Below, piece by piece: positions 52,790 through 63,115 of a stretch of 64,000 nt of DNA. Both the position numbers and the translations under genes were made by a program. The stretch's first letter is position 1; the number at the start of each line of letters is the position of its first letter. Origin of the DNA: an uncultured Acidobacteriota bacterium (lineage in GTDB: Bacteria > Acidobacteriota > UBA6911); NCBI GenBank assembly GCA_963827655.1, contig CAWHCF010000036.1, forward strand, positions 32,001-96,000, in the 5' to 3' direction. The notes under the pieces are model-generated. The model saw only the letters and a list, made by a program, of their open reading frames with translations. It did not search any database and was not told the origin of the DNA.

Positions 52790-54085
52790 ATGGCGAAACC
52801 GGTTGAAATGCCTAAACTGGGCAATACGGTTAACGAGTGTATCGTCACGAAGTGGCGCAAGCAAAAAGGGGAGCGGGTTTCCGCCGGAGAGGTGATCGCG
52901 GAGATCGAGACGGACAAGGCCATGTTCGAGGTCCCCGCCCCCATGGATGGCACGCTCCTCGAGACGTTTTTCGATGCGGGCATGCTCGTTCCGGTTTACA
53001 CGAACCTCTTTGTCATTGGCGAGCCGGGTGAGGACGCCGACATTTTCCGGCCTTCATCGTCCGCAGTGAGGGCGGCTGGGTCTTCGGCCCCCGGCGCCGC
53101 TCCGGCGCTCGCGCGGGACTCAAAACCCGCCACGACGCCGATCGAGCCTCAACCTCTGCCCGCCCCGGAGGCAACTTCGAGGGCTCTCAGCCCGCGGGCG
53201 GGGCGGTTCGCCGACGAGCCCGATATTCATCCTCCCGCGGTCACCAGTTCAAGTCCGGGAGCCAAAGTCTTCGAACCAGACCTTCGCCGAGAGCATGATT
53301 CTTCAGCGGCGCCGTCCACGGCGAGAAAGCCCCTTCCGGAAAGTGCCCAAGTTCGGAGCGAGGATTCGAAACCGGCCGGCATGATTCGCGCTGCGGGCAG
53401 GGGCCCGGCACCCGCTCGCATTTCGATCATCCGCGAAATAATCGCCCGCCGCATGCGGGAGTCGCTGGCCACCACGGCCCAGTATACGCTCAATACGTCG
53501 GCTGACGCGCGCGGACTCCTGGCTCTGCGCGCCACGATTAAGGCTTCCACGGGCGTGCCGGACATCAACATCAACGACCTGGTCACCTTCTGCGCCGTGC
53601 AAACTCTGCTGCAGATGCCCGACTTGAACGCCGAGTTCATCGACGGCAAGATTTATCGGCATGCGGAAATCCACATCGGAATCGCATGTGATACTCCGCG
53701 AGGATTGATGGCTCCCGTGATCCGGGATGCCCATCGGCTCACGATTGGCGAATTGGCTCTTGCGATGAAGGAATTGACGGCGCAGGCGGTTCAGGGGACG
53801 ATCTCCGCTGATCGCCTGTCGGGAGCGACCTTCACGGTCAGCAACCTCGGAGGTCTCGACATCGAATCTTTTACTCCGCTGCTCAACCCGCCGCAGGTCG
53901 CGATTCTCGGCGTGGGCGTTATCTGCGTCAAGCCGGTGCGCAGGCAAGGGAAGCTCGAATTCATCGATGCCATCGGATTGTCACTCACCTGCGACCATCA
54001 GGTAATCGACGGCGCTCCGGGCGCAAGGTTCCTGCAAATCCTCAAGGAGAAGATTGAGAACGTGGAGTCGCTGTGCTCGATTTGA
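52790..54085 (+). CDS. 2-oxoacid dehydrogenase E2 (dihydrolipoamide acyltransferase), stand-alone
   Basis: Lipoyl motif EIETDKA; TFTVSNLG, PPQVAILG and DHQVIDG catalytic motif. Confidence 0.9.
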   Translation: MAKPVEMPKLGNTVNECIVTKWRKQKGERVSAGEVIAEIETDKAMFEVPAPMDGTLLETFFDAGMLVPVYTNLFVIGEPGEDADIFRPSSSAVRAAGSSAPGAAPALARDSKPATTPIEPQPLPAPEATSRALSPRAGRFADEPDIHPPAVTSSSPGAKVFEPDLRREHDSSAAPSTARKPLPESAQVRSEDSKPAGMIRAAGRGPAPARISIIREIIARRMRESLATTAQYTLNTSADARGLLALRATIKASTGVPDININDLVTFCAVQTLLQMPDLNAEFIDGKIYRHAEIHIGIACDTPRGLMAPVIRDAHRLTIGELALAMKELTAQAVQGTISADRLSGATFTVSNLGGLDIESFTPLLNPPQVAILGVGVICVKPVRRQGKLEFIDAIGLSLTCDHQVIDGAPGARFLQILKEKIENVESLCSI

Positions 54086-54165
54086 GATCCCAGGGTTTCT
54101 TGCGTCGTCGCGTCTTAGTGGAATTTGTTCCCCCGCACTAAACCACGAAGACGCAAAGACGCTAA

Positions 54166-54244
54166 GGTTCGTTCGGGGACTTCGCCCCGAACGAAGGCCC
54201 CTTCTGAACGACAACATGTTGGTTTGAACGTTTCGCCAAGCGCC
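54166..54244. mobile_element. 79-bp element flanked by TAA (CTAAG context), copy 1
   Basis: 77/79 identical to 59773-59851; contains the hairpin TTCGTTCGGGG-ACTTCG-CCCCGAACGAA. Confidence 0.75.
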
Positions 54245-54313
54245 TAAGAAAGCGAAGCATTTACCGCCTCCGGTTACTTTTGCCGCTCCTTCGTTGGCTC
54301 GTGGGGCCCGGCA

Positions 54314-54342
54314 TTGACTTGCTCCGGGCCAGCACCTAACAT
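54314..54342 (+). promoter_or_regulatory. Candidate sigma70 promoter for the kinase gene (very short leader)
   Basis: TTGACT-N17-TAACAT, 11 bp before ATG 54354. Confidence 0.45.
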
Positions 54343-54353
54343 GACGGGTTACT

Positions 54354-57220
54354 ATGATCGGTACCTCCCTCGCCCATTACACCATTCTCGAGGAGATCGG
54401 CGCCGGCGGGATGGGCATGGTGTATCGCGCCCGCGACACGAGGCTCGACCGATTGGTCGCAGTCAAGGTTCTCACGACCCAGTTCGCGCGCGACGAAGAA
54501 GCGTTGGAGCGCTTCCGGCGCGAGGCTCGCCTCGCTTCGAGCCTGAACCATCCGCACATCTGCACGATCCACGACTTCGGTGAAGAGGGCGGCCATTTTT
54601 ACATCGTGATGGAACTGCTCGAGGGGCAGACCCTGCGCAGTCTCATGCATTCCGGCCCTCTCGAGATCGACCGGGCGCTCGAACTGGCCATACAAGTCGC
54701 CGACGCCCTGGATGCCGCTCACGACCGCGGCGTAGTGCACCGCGATGTCAAACCGGCGAACATCTTCGTGAACAGCCGCGGCCACGCCAAAGTGCTCGAC
54801 TTCGGGCTGGCCAAGATGAGCCAGACAGCAGCAGCCGGTGACGGGACCCAAACATCGACCACAACCACATTGACTCCCGAAGACTCCACGCTGACGCGGC
54901 CCGGTGCCGCCTTGGGCACTTTTGCTTACATGTCGCCCGAGCAGGCGCGGGGCGAGGAGCTCGACTCGCGCACCGACATCTTTTCGTTCGGCGCCGTGCT
55001 GTATGAGCTCACCACGGGCCGGCAGGCGTTCTCCGGAGCAACGGTTGCGCTCGTATTCGACGCCATCCTGAATCGTCAGCCCGAGCCGGTCGCCCAGAAG
55101 AACCCTGCCGCACCGCGCGAGCTCGAAGCCATCATCCAGCACTGCGTGGAAAAGGATCGCGACGCGCGCTATCAGAGCGCTGGCGAAGTGGCGGCGGACC
55201 TCACCGCGCTCCGGACCAGCCTGTTGTCCGGCCAGTCGCTTGCAGCCAGCGGGCGGTTTCCCAGGTGGCGCAGGCGGAGCTGGAGCCGGACCATGAAACT
55301 CGGGCTCGCGGCCGCAGCGGTGGGCGTGGTCATTGCGGCTGCGCTTCTTGTGCCGCGCTTCCAGACAAAGCCGGGCGTGGCGCTGTCCGAGAAGGATTCG
55401 CTGCTCCTGGCCGACTTTGAAAACCGCACCGGCGACACTGTGTTCGACGACACCTTGAAACAGGCGCTTGCCGTCCAGCTCGGCCAGTCTCCGTTCCTCA
55501 ACATCGTGCCGGCTGCGCGTGTGCTCGAGACGATGGCGTACATGAACCGCAAGCCGGACGAACGCGTGATGGGCGAGGTTGCGCGCGAGGCCTGCCAGCG
55601 CGTGGGCGCGAAGGCTATGATCGAGGGTTCGATTGCCGGTTTGGGTTCTCACTACGCCATCACGATACAGGCCATCCAGTGCGGCAACGGAGACGTAATC
55701 GCGCGCGAGCAGGTCGAGGCGGACAACCGCGAGCAGGTGCTCCAGACTCTCGATCGAACAGCGTCGAGCCTGCGGCGCAAGCTGGGAGAATCGCTTCGCT
55801 CCGTCGAGCAGTTCGACGTGCCGCTGCGGCAAGCGACGACACCGTCGCTGGAGGCTCTTCGGGCATTCACCCTGGGTAGCCTGAAGCGCGCGGCGGGCGC
55901 CGAACTCGAGTCGGTTCCGTTCTACACCCGCGCGCTGGAGCTCGATCCAGACTTCGCATCGGCCTACAGCGCGCTGTCCGACATCTATGGCAGCCTCGGT
56001 GAGCTTGACCTGGCTGAGGATTACGGGCGCAAGGCTTTCGAACGCAGCGAACATGTGAGCGAACGGGAAAAGCTCCACATCCAGTACCAGTATTACAACC
56101 GCGTAACCGGGCAGCTCGAGCGGAGCATTGCCGCCCTGGAGCTTTGGAAGCATTCGTACCCGCGCGATTACTCGCCTGCCAATGCCCTCGCGGTCACCTA
56201 CAACCGGATCGGGCAGTTCGAAAAGGCCGTTCCGGAGGCGGAAGAAGCGCTGCGCCGCGATCCCAGACATCCATTCCCGCACTCCAACCTCGCCTTCGCT
56301 TACCGGGGACTCAACCGCTACAACGAAGCTCGTTCCGTTGCGGAGGAAGCGGTCCGGCTACGCATCGAAACTGCCCCGACGCGCAGGCTGCTCTATCAGA
56401 TTGCAACGATGCAGGGTGATCTCACCGTCGCCCAGGAGCATCTGGCGTGGTCGCGAGGGAAGCCGCGGGAGTACGACATGGTGGCGGCACAGGCGCAGAT
56501 GGCGGCCTTCTCCGGCAAGCTAAGGCGGGCGGGAGAGCTTTATCGGCAAGCGCGCGACATGGCCGAGCGCGGGCGTCTTTCGGAGACCGCTGCTTCGGTA
56601 GCCGCGTCGGAGGCAGCGACCGCGGCGGCGTTCGAAGACGTCGAGCACGCGCGTCGCGCAACGGAGGCAGCCCTCGCGCTCGCCTCGGGCCGGATGGTGA
56701 AGGCGCGAGCTTTTGCCGCGCTTCCAATGGTCGGCTATGGCGGCGGCGGTCAAACCATCCTCAACGAAGCGCTCCGGCGTTACCCCGACGACACGCTGCT
56801 GGTTTCGTTCTTTGAGCCGCTGGTTCGCGGAGCGGTCGAGCTGCGCCGGGGCAACCCCCAGCGTACCATCGAGCTGCTCGAGGCTGCCCGGCCTTACGAA
56901 CTGGGTCCGATGCCGTTCTGGCCCGTCTACCTGCGCGGTCAGGCGTATCTGGCGCTCCGGGACGGAGTCGCGTGCCGCCATCGAATTCGGAATCATTCGC
57001 GACCGCCGCGGCGTCGATCCTTTTTCGCCTCTCTACCCGCTGGCCCATCTCGGGCTTGCGCGCGCACACGCCCTCGCCGGTGACCGGGCTGCCAGTCTCA
57101 AGAACTACGAGGAGTTCTTCAAGTTCTGGACTGACGCGGACGCCGAACCTGCGTCTGCTCCGCGCTGCAAGGGTGGAGTACGACCGCCTGTCGGCTGCCG
57201 ACCGGCGCAGCCCGCAGTAG
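54354..57220 (+). CDS. Ser/Thr protein kinase with TM segment and TPR repeats; frameshifts near the 3' end
   Basis: GAGGMGMVY, HRDVKPAN, DFG, YMSPEQ; LLADFENRTGD; TPR helices; tail YEEFFKFWTDAD lies in another frame. Confidence 0.92.
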
Positions 57221-57227
57221 CGGGCAC

Positions 57228-57335
57228 ATTGACAAATGGCCATTTGTCATTTGTCATTGGTCATTATGTCATTTGTCATTCTTCGAGATCGGTCCAATGA
57301 CAAATGAGAAATGACCAATGACCAATGACCAATGT
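57228..57335. repeat. Inverted STRR2-like heptamer arrays between convergent genes
   Basis: CATTTGTCATTTGTCATTGGTCATTATGTCATTTGTCATT / AATGACAAATGAGAAATGACCAATGACCAATGACCAATG. Confidence 0.85.
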
Positions 57336-57341
57336 TTCTTT

Positions 57342-58188
57342 CTAACGGTAGAAGTTCGCAATGCCGAAGGTTATTCCTCCGACGAATCCGGCTGGCAGGC
57401 GCATCGTGAGACAAACCGAAGCGAACCCCGGCGTCGAGGACCATGCGTTTGTTGACTTGATAGGTGACCGCTGCCAGCGCGAACAAAGCCCCCGGCTCGG
57501 CATCGTTCCGGCCGACGCCGCTGATCTCACCCTGCAGGCCGAAGCGCCTGGTCAGGCCGTAGGAAGCCGCAAACGCTGCCTGTCCGCTGGATGAATGTCC
57601 CGGATCCGAGGTCCGTCCAGCCAACAAATAGACCGCATTGAAATCGAGGTCGACCCGTCCGAAGGTCCTGCTCGTCAGAAACAGAAAGCTATGATCGACC
57701 CGCCCGGTCCCGAGTCCTTTGGAGCTACTCGCCGTAGGCGCCTTGAAGAAGTACGAGACAGCAATTCCGGGTCCGCTGTCATTCTCATGCCGCAGCACCG
57801 ACTGAATTCCGAACTGCAAGTCGCCCACGCTGGATACTTTCATGCCGTCGTCCGGAGTATGCGAAATGTAGCCGTCGATATCAAATTCAAGAAGAATGCG
57901 GCGGCTGGCGGCAAAGCGCAGCGTGAACGGCATGTCCTGCACGGCACGCAGTCCGGGTACAGCCAGGTCACGGCTGTACCCATATTGCATTTGAAGAACG
58001 CCGGGCCGGTGAAACTCGGCGGGATTGGAAGTCGTCGGACGAGCTGGAACAATGAACTCCGGGTCTCTGGCGGATTGAGATGAATTAGCCTGAGCGAAGG
58101 AAGCGTCGCCGAAACCGGGCGAAAGGGCAAAAAGCAAGATCGCCATCGTGCTCCACGGCCACCTTCTTCTCGAAACCAATCGCCTCAT
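57342..58188 (-). CDS. Putative outer-membrane beta-barrel (SphA/'MetA-pathway' transporter-like), frameshift near 57400
   Basis: Signal peptide; PARPT, GVLQMQYGY, GDLQFG, KAPTA...GLGTGRVD and LDAG motifs. Confidence 0.7.
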
Positions 58189-58198
58189 TGAACGCTTC

Positions 58199-58612
58199 TC
58201 ACCGGGGCCGGATCGCAATCACGGCCCGCTTGCGGTTCATCAACTTGCTGAACAGGTCACCCAGGCTCTTGAGCCAGTATTTCTGATTGAGAAGCCTGTG
58301 GCCGTGTTCCTCTTCGCGTCCCTCGACGATTCGGGCTTCGGCGTCGACCCATGGGCCCTTTACCACGCCACGAGCCGAGCACGGAGCGATGCGAACGCGC
58401 GGATTGTTCCGGATTCGTTTCACTTTTCCGGCGTCTGCCAACGAGTAGACGTAGAACAGATCATTGTCCTGGGCAAACCATACAGGCGTGGCAACCGCCG
58501 CACCATTCTTCCGGTAGGTTTCGAGGCTCAAATAGCGCTGCGCCTGGAATTGTTCCAACTTGACTGATCCTTGAGCGAATGGGCGAACCGCTTCATGAGA
58601 AGAAAGCAGCAA
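58199..58612 (-). CDS. PPOX-class F420-dependent oxidoreductase-like protein (start uncertain, possibly TTG at 58558)
   Basis: YLSLETYRKNGAAVATPVWF, GKVKRIRNNPRV.IAPC..RG and KY motifs. Confidence 0.88.
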   Translation of the reverse strand: MLLSSHEAVRPFAQGSVKLEQFQAQRYLSLETYRKNGAAVATPVWFAQDNDLFYVYSLADAGKVKRIRNNPRVRIAPCSARGVVKGPWVDAEARIVEGREEEHGHRLLNQKYWLKSLGDLFSKLMNRKRAVIAIRPR

Positions 58613-58862
58613 CGGACGGAATCAAATCATAAGACAAGCGATGATTGATCACGCAACAGCCTTATCCGGAGGGACAAAGGACATGAGCCGGTGATGAGAT
58701 CTTCGGGAGAAATGGCTGCGGTCTGCCCGCCCGGGCAGTCACGCAGGACTGACCTCGCAGCATGCCTTCATCCCGTAGGGCCTCCAGGCCAGCCTACCGA
58801 ACGCGGTAATGGCCGCAAGGCGCGCCGGCGTCTCGCGCGCGAACTGTGGATGTGCGCCGGCG

Positions 58863-59534
58863 CTACTGAGGTGTCTTCAGTTTGTCGCGAAAGACCTGGC
58901 GAAACTTTTCGACCTTCGGCCGGATCACGAACTGGCAGTAGCCCTGGTTTCCGTTCTGGTTGAAGTAATTCTGGTGGTAGTCCTCGGCCTTGTAGAAAAT
59001 CGTGTGCGGAACGATCTCGGTAACGATCGGGCTGCCAAAAGCCCCCGAGGCATCGAGCTCTTTTTTGTAGCGCTCTGCCAGACGCTTCTGTTCGTCGCTG
59101 TGATAAAAGATCGCCGAACGATATTGCGTTCCGACGTCGTTCCCCTGGCGATTGAGCGTCGTCGGGTCGTGCGTTTTCCAGAAAACTTCAAGAAGCTCCG
59201 GAAAGGAAACTACACCCGGGTCATAGGTGATCTGGCACACCTCGGCGTGTCCGGTCGTGCCGGTGCACACCTGCTTGTATGTGGGATTCTTGGTGGTCCC
59301 GCCGGTGTAGCCCGAGACCACGGACTGCACGCCTTTCAAATCCTGAAACACCGCTTCCACGCACCAGAAGCAACCCGCCCCGAATGTTGCCGTTTCCATT
59401 TTCGCCGCCGTCCCGGTCGTTTTCTGTCGTTCCTGCTCCGAGGGGAAGACCGGAAATCTCCCCTCTCGCGCCCCGAGATAGAGGGCTCCTGCAAGAAGAA
59501 ATCCCACCGCACCCAATGCTATACCTTTTCTCAT
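58863..59534 (-). CDS. msrA: Peptide-methionine (S)-S-oxide reductase with N-terminal signal/TM
   Basis: GAGCFWC, SGYTGG, TGHAEV, HDPT, QGNDVGTQYRS and AEDYHQNY. Confidence 0.96.
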   Translation of the reverse strand: MRKGIALGAVGFLLAGALYLGAREGRFPVFPSEQERQKTTGTAAKMETATFGAGCFWCVEAVFQDLKGVQSVVSGYTGGTTKNPTYKQVCTGTTGHAEVCQITYDPGVVSFPELLEVFWKTHDPTTLNRQGNDVGTQYRSAIFYHSDEQKRLAERYKKELDASGAFGSPIVTEIVPHTIFYKAEDYHQNYFNQNGNQGYCQFVIRPKVEKFRQVFRDKLKTPQ

Positions 59535-59772
59535 AGAGACCAGTTCTAGCCAAGGCTCAGGTTTTTCGTAGTCGGTCACGATGCCGCTTCGCGATCCGAG
59601 CTGATCTAATACGTTCCGTCACAGCAACTTCTAAGATAGGCGGTCCTGGAGAGGGTTTCAATTGAATTCACGGTTAGCAACACTCAAGAAGCCACCGGGT
59701 GTTTCTTCGTGTCTTGGTGCCTCGTGGTATTTCTCTTGGAGGGCTAACCACGAAGACACGAAGAAACACTAA

Positions 59773-59851
59773 GGTTCGTTCGGGGACTTCGCCCCGAACG
59801 AAGGCCCCTTCTGAACGACAACATGTTGGTTTGAACGTTTTGCTAAGCGCC
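59773..59851. mobile_element. 79-bp element flanked by TAA (CTAAG context), copy 2
   Basis: Near-identical to 54166-54244 and inserted at the equivalent site of a 9-mer family repeat. Confidence 0.75.
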
Positions 59852-59997
59852 TAAGACTGCAAGACCCCGACTTGGAGGTCCGAAGGACACCGCGCCTTGA
59901 TCAGCCTCCGTCAAAGCAAACGATAGACGAAATCGAAGCCGAAGATGTTATCTTCGTTCTCGGATCCCTAACATCCACATCAAGAAAGGGCCCAATT

Positions 59998-60585
59998 ATG
60001 AAGCAATTCCGCGAATTCGTAGTGAACACGTTGGTTGGCGGCTTGCTCGTCGTCGCTCCGATTTACATCGCCGTTTTGCTGCTGCTCAAGGCCATGCAAT
60101 CGTTAGTGGGTCTGGTGCGGCCATTCGCCACGTTGCTCCCAGAATGGTTCCCCGCTGAAAATGTCTTTTCTCTTCTGCTCGTGTTGATTGTCTGCTTCCT
60201 CATCGGTGTGGCCGTCCGCACCCCGAGAGGGCGAGCGATTCGGGAGCGAATCGAGAGTTCTCTATTCGAGAGACTCCCCGGCTACGCACTCTTTAAGAGC
60301 CTTACCCAGCGACTGGCTGGCGAGAGTCAGGAGAACGTGTGGAAGCCAGCGCTGGTCGAGATTGAGGAGGCCCTCGTCCCCGCATTCATCATTGAAGAAC
60401 TTGAGGACGGGCGCTTCACGGTTTTCGTTCCCTCGGTGCCCACGCCTCTCGCTGGAGCCGTCTATATTCTCAGCCGGGAACGCGTGCACCCCCTGGACGT
60501 CCCATTCACACAGGCGATCAAGTCCGTCTCACGGTGGGGATCAGGTTCAAAGGATCTTGTCGCAGCCATGAAAGCAGGGCGCTAG
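59998..60585 (+). CDS. DUF502 family membrane protein
   Basis: GGLLVVAPI, ERLPGY and VFVPSVPTPLAG motifs. Confidence 0.85.
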   Translation: MKQFREFVVNTLVGGLLVVAPIYIAVLLLLKAMQSLVGLVRPFATLLPEWFPAENVFSLLLVLIVCFLIGVAVRTPRGRAIRERIESSLFERLPGYALFKSLTQRLAGESQENVWKPALVEIEEALVPAFIIEELEDGRFTVFVPSVPTPLAGAVYILSRERVHPLDVPFTQAIKSVSRWGSGSKDLVAAMKAGR

Positions 60586-60757
60586 TAATGACGGTCTCGA
60601 GCGAGCTCGGTCGTCCGAGAGATCACCGTCGCCCCGGAAGCTCGTTCGCTTGGCGGGATGGCGCTCTTCTACGGCTTCTTCGTCATCCTCTCGCTGCGCA
60701 GCTTCTGGTAGTGTCTTGGCGTCTTCGTGGTTAGTGTGCCTGAACAAGCCACTAGCT

Positions 60758-62629
60758 TTATCTGGAAAACCGGCCGATGAAACCACCGCCGGCCTGAAGG
60801 TCGATGCGAAGGGATTCGCCGCGGCTGTAGGCGCTGTTTTGTATGTCTACCGCGTCCGCGGCGCTCGCGCTGTCCCGCACCAGGACCGCATTGTACTTAC
60901 CCGATCCGAGAAACGAGAGCGGCACGTTTACGGTCCTTGCCGCCGGTCCGTTCAGAATGGCAAGGAACCAGCGATCGCCTCTGCGTCGCGCGAGCGCGGC
61001 AATCTCGCCGATCTCAGACATCGGCAGTGCGATGGTTTCATCCCACACGCTCGGGATGCTCTTGATCACATCCACGGCCGGATGTTGCAGCAGCGTCCTT
61101 GGATGCGCGCCGTAGGTCAACAGCGGCGAAGAGAAGACAGCGGCGCTGGCCACCTGGTGCGCCCATGTCGTGTCGTTGCGCCGCTCGCCGAAGAGCACCG
61201 GCGTGTAGTCGGCGTGTCCGGCCAGCATTCGCGTGAACGGCAGCGTGGCGTCGTGCTGCGCTCTGAGGGTTTTGCGGCTCTCCATGCCGCGAATCGCCTC
61301 GCGGGTCAGTTCATTGGGAAACGTACGCGATTCGCCGGTCGGCTTGTTGGCGCCGTGAAAATTCACCAGCAACTTGTACTCGGCCGCCTCCTTCAGCGAC
61401 GCCTCGTACAACTCGACGACCTCCTTGGCCTCGTGATCGTAGAAGTCGAGCTTGACTCCGGCTGCTCCCGCGTCGCGGCACAATTGGAAAAACTTGCGCC
61501 GGTTCACCGGGTCTCTGAGGTCCCGGCTGTGCTTCCAAAGCCAGATACCGACACCCTGACTGCGCGAGTAGTCGATAAGGTCTTTCAACTCGCTCTGGCT
61601 CCACTTGGCCCAAAACCCCTCGACAACCTGGTATTCGAATCCCAGTTCTCCGGCGAGGCGTGAAAATTCCTTGACGCCCTCGAGCGTGTTCTCGCCCCCG
61701 TCGAGGTACCGCCAGACCGCGCGCCCAGGTTTGATCCAGTCGGTCTTGATGCCTTGCGGAAACAGCTTCGGATCCGGCGGCGGTGCAACGTCGTGGACAA
61801 TATCGCAGTTGACCAGCGTATTCAGATCCAGAGCTGCCATCACGATCCTCCACGGCGTCGTGATGACGCCGGCAACCGAAGCCGGCCTGGCCATCCGCTC
61901 GATCTCGTCTTTGAACCGCAACCGGAAAGGATACGAAGGCGGGTGGGAGTGACCGAGCCGCGCCTCGAAGCCGCCTTTGCCGTCGGCTTGCAGTCCCATG
62001 CCGGGGTAGTGCAGCAGCGCTCCTTCGGTGATGGAGGCGTAGCCGGCGCCGTTCGGCAGTTTCACCGTCAGCGGCGGAGCGGCCCAATCGAGGGCGGGCA
62101 CTTCCTGCAGGCTCTTCCGGACGTGGGCGCCTTCGTAGTGTCCTTCGAAGTCGTGGTACCAGACGGTGCTTCCGGCGGGAAGACGGAAGGTTGTAGCCTC
62201 GTCGGGAACGCGCGATTTCCCTTCCGTGCCGGGCACGATGAAGCGAAACGCGATGCCGTCGTTGTACGCGCGCGCCTCCAGCGTGTAATGCGTGCCTGAT
62301 TTTTCGTGCGTCACCGCTATCCGCACCCCGTTGGCGCGAACGGCGACGGTGGAATGTACGCCGTGCCAGGCATAGGTCTCATTCACCTTGTAACGATCCG
62401 TCTTGCCGACCTGAGCGCCTTGCGCAAGGTTGACGCCGTCCACCACGATACCCAGCGGCGATGTCTCGATCGCGGTTTTTCCTCTCAGCGTCAAGGCATA
62501 TGCGAGCGAACCCTGCTTCTCGAGCACCAGGCGGAACTGGACATGGCCGTCCGGGCTGTTGACTGATACCGCATCGGCCGCCAGCGCCGGAAGCGAAAAG
62601 GACACGAGCGCAACGAGAAGCCTGGTCAT
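60758..62629 (-). CDS. Glycoside hydrolase family 97 (alpha-glucosidase/galactosidase)
   Basis: SPDG, RAYNDGIAFRF, TPWR, WIKPG, GVKLDF, NFHG..KPTG..RTFPN, EAIRGME and FTRMLAG.ADYTP. Confidence 0.93.
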   Translation of the reverse strand: MTRLLVALVSFSLPALAADAVSVNSPDGHVQFRLVLEKQGSLAYALTLRGKTAIETSPLGIVVDGVNLAQGAQVGKTDRYKVNETYAWHGVHSTVAVRANGVRIAVTHEKSGTHYTLEARAYNDGIAFRFIVPGTEGKSRVPDEATTFRLPAGSTVWYHDFEGHYEGAHVRKSLQEVPALDWAAPPLTVKLPNGAGYASITEGALLHYPGMGLQADGKGGFEARLGHSHPPSYPFRLRFKDEIERMARPASVAGVITTPWRIVMAALDLNTLVNCDIVHDVAPPPDPKLFPQGIKTDWIKPGRAVWRYLDGGENTLEGVKEFSRLAGELGFEYQVVEGFWAKWSQSELKDLIDYSRSQGVGIWLWKHSRDLRDPVNRRKFFQLCRDAGAAGVKLDFYDHEAKEVVELYEASLKEAAEYKLLVNFHGANKPTGESRTFPNELTREAIRGMESRKTLRAQHDATLPFTRMLAGHADYTPVLFGERRNDTTWAHQVASAAVFSSPLLTYGAHPRTLLQHPAVDVIKSIPSVWDETIALPMSEIGEIAALARRRGDRWFLAILNGPAARTVNVPLSFLGSGKYNAVLVRDSASAADAVDIQNSAYSRGESLRIDLQAGGGFIGRFSR

Positions 62630-62836
62630 GTTCGCGAAATGACTTGATGCAATTGAAGGCAAGCAGTATTTCACAGGTTTAGAATTCCCGTCAAACCGGC
62701 CCAAGTCCCGGGTGGTCATCTTGAGCGCAATAGCCTATAGACGCCAAAAAGGATCGGGATGAGGACAATAACAACCAGAAACAAAATCTCAATAGCTCCA
62801 AAACCAGACATTATTTTTCCCCCAGACATGACCGCG

Positions 62837-62950
62837 CATTCGCATTCCAAAGGCGCGGTTTGGAATGCGAATGCAAGCTTGCGCCTTGTTCAGCGGCAGC
62901 TTGCTGCCGCGCCACGGAATCGCCAAAATCCACGCGCTTGCGCATTCACA
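62837..62950. repeat. REP-like palindromic cluster (TTGGAATGCG family)
   Basis: CATTCGCATTCCAAA / TTTGGAATGCGAATG and GCGGCAGCTTGCTGCCGC. Confidence 0.65.
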
Positions 62951-63115
62951 AATACGTTAACCTGATTGCGAACAGCAGTACTAAATTTGAGTGGGCTTTC
63001 CAACCGGGCGCTTCCCATCTTCGACCTTGCGGCGCCGGGACTCGGGCGGCAACTCGACGGAGTAGGGGCCGTTTCCGGCGCAGATGAACTCGGTCTCTCC
63101 AGGCGGCGGGCCGGA

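Noticed and set aside
58620-58860. Structured ncRNA or riboswitch between msrA and the PPOX-like gene
   Set aside because: Only short GC stems are visible and I recognise no family consensus; an Rfam scan would be needed.
54092-59854. CRISPR array suggested by recurring hairpin and 9-mer repeats
   Set aside because: Copies are dispersed and degenerate, there is no regular repeat-spacer period, and no cas genes are present.
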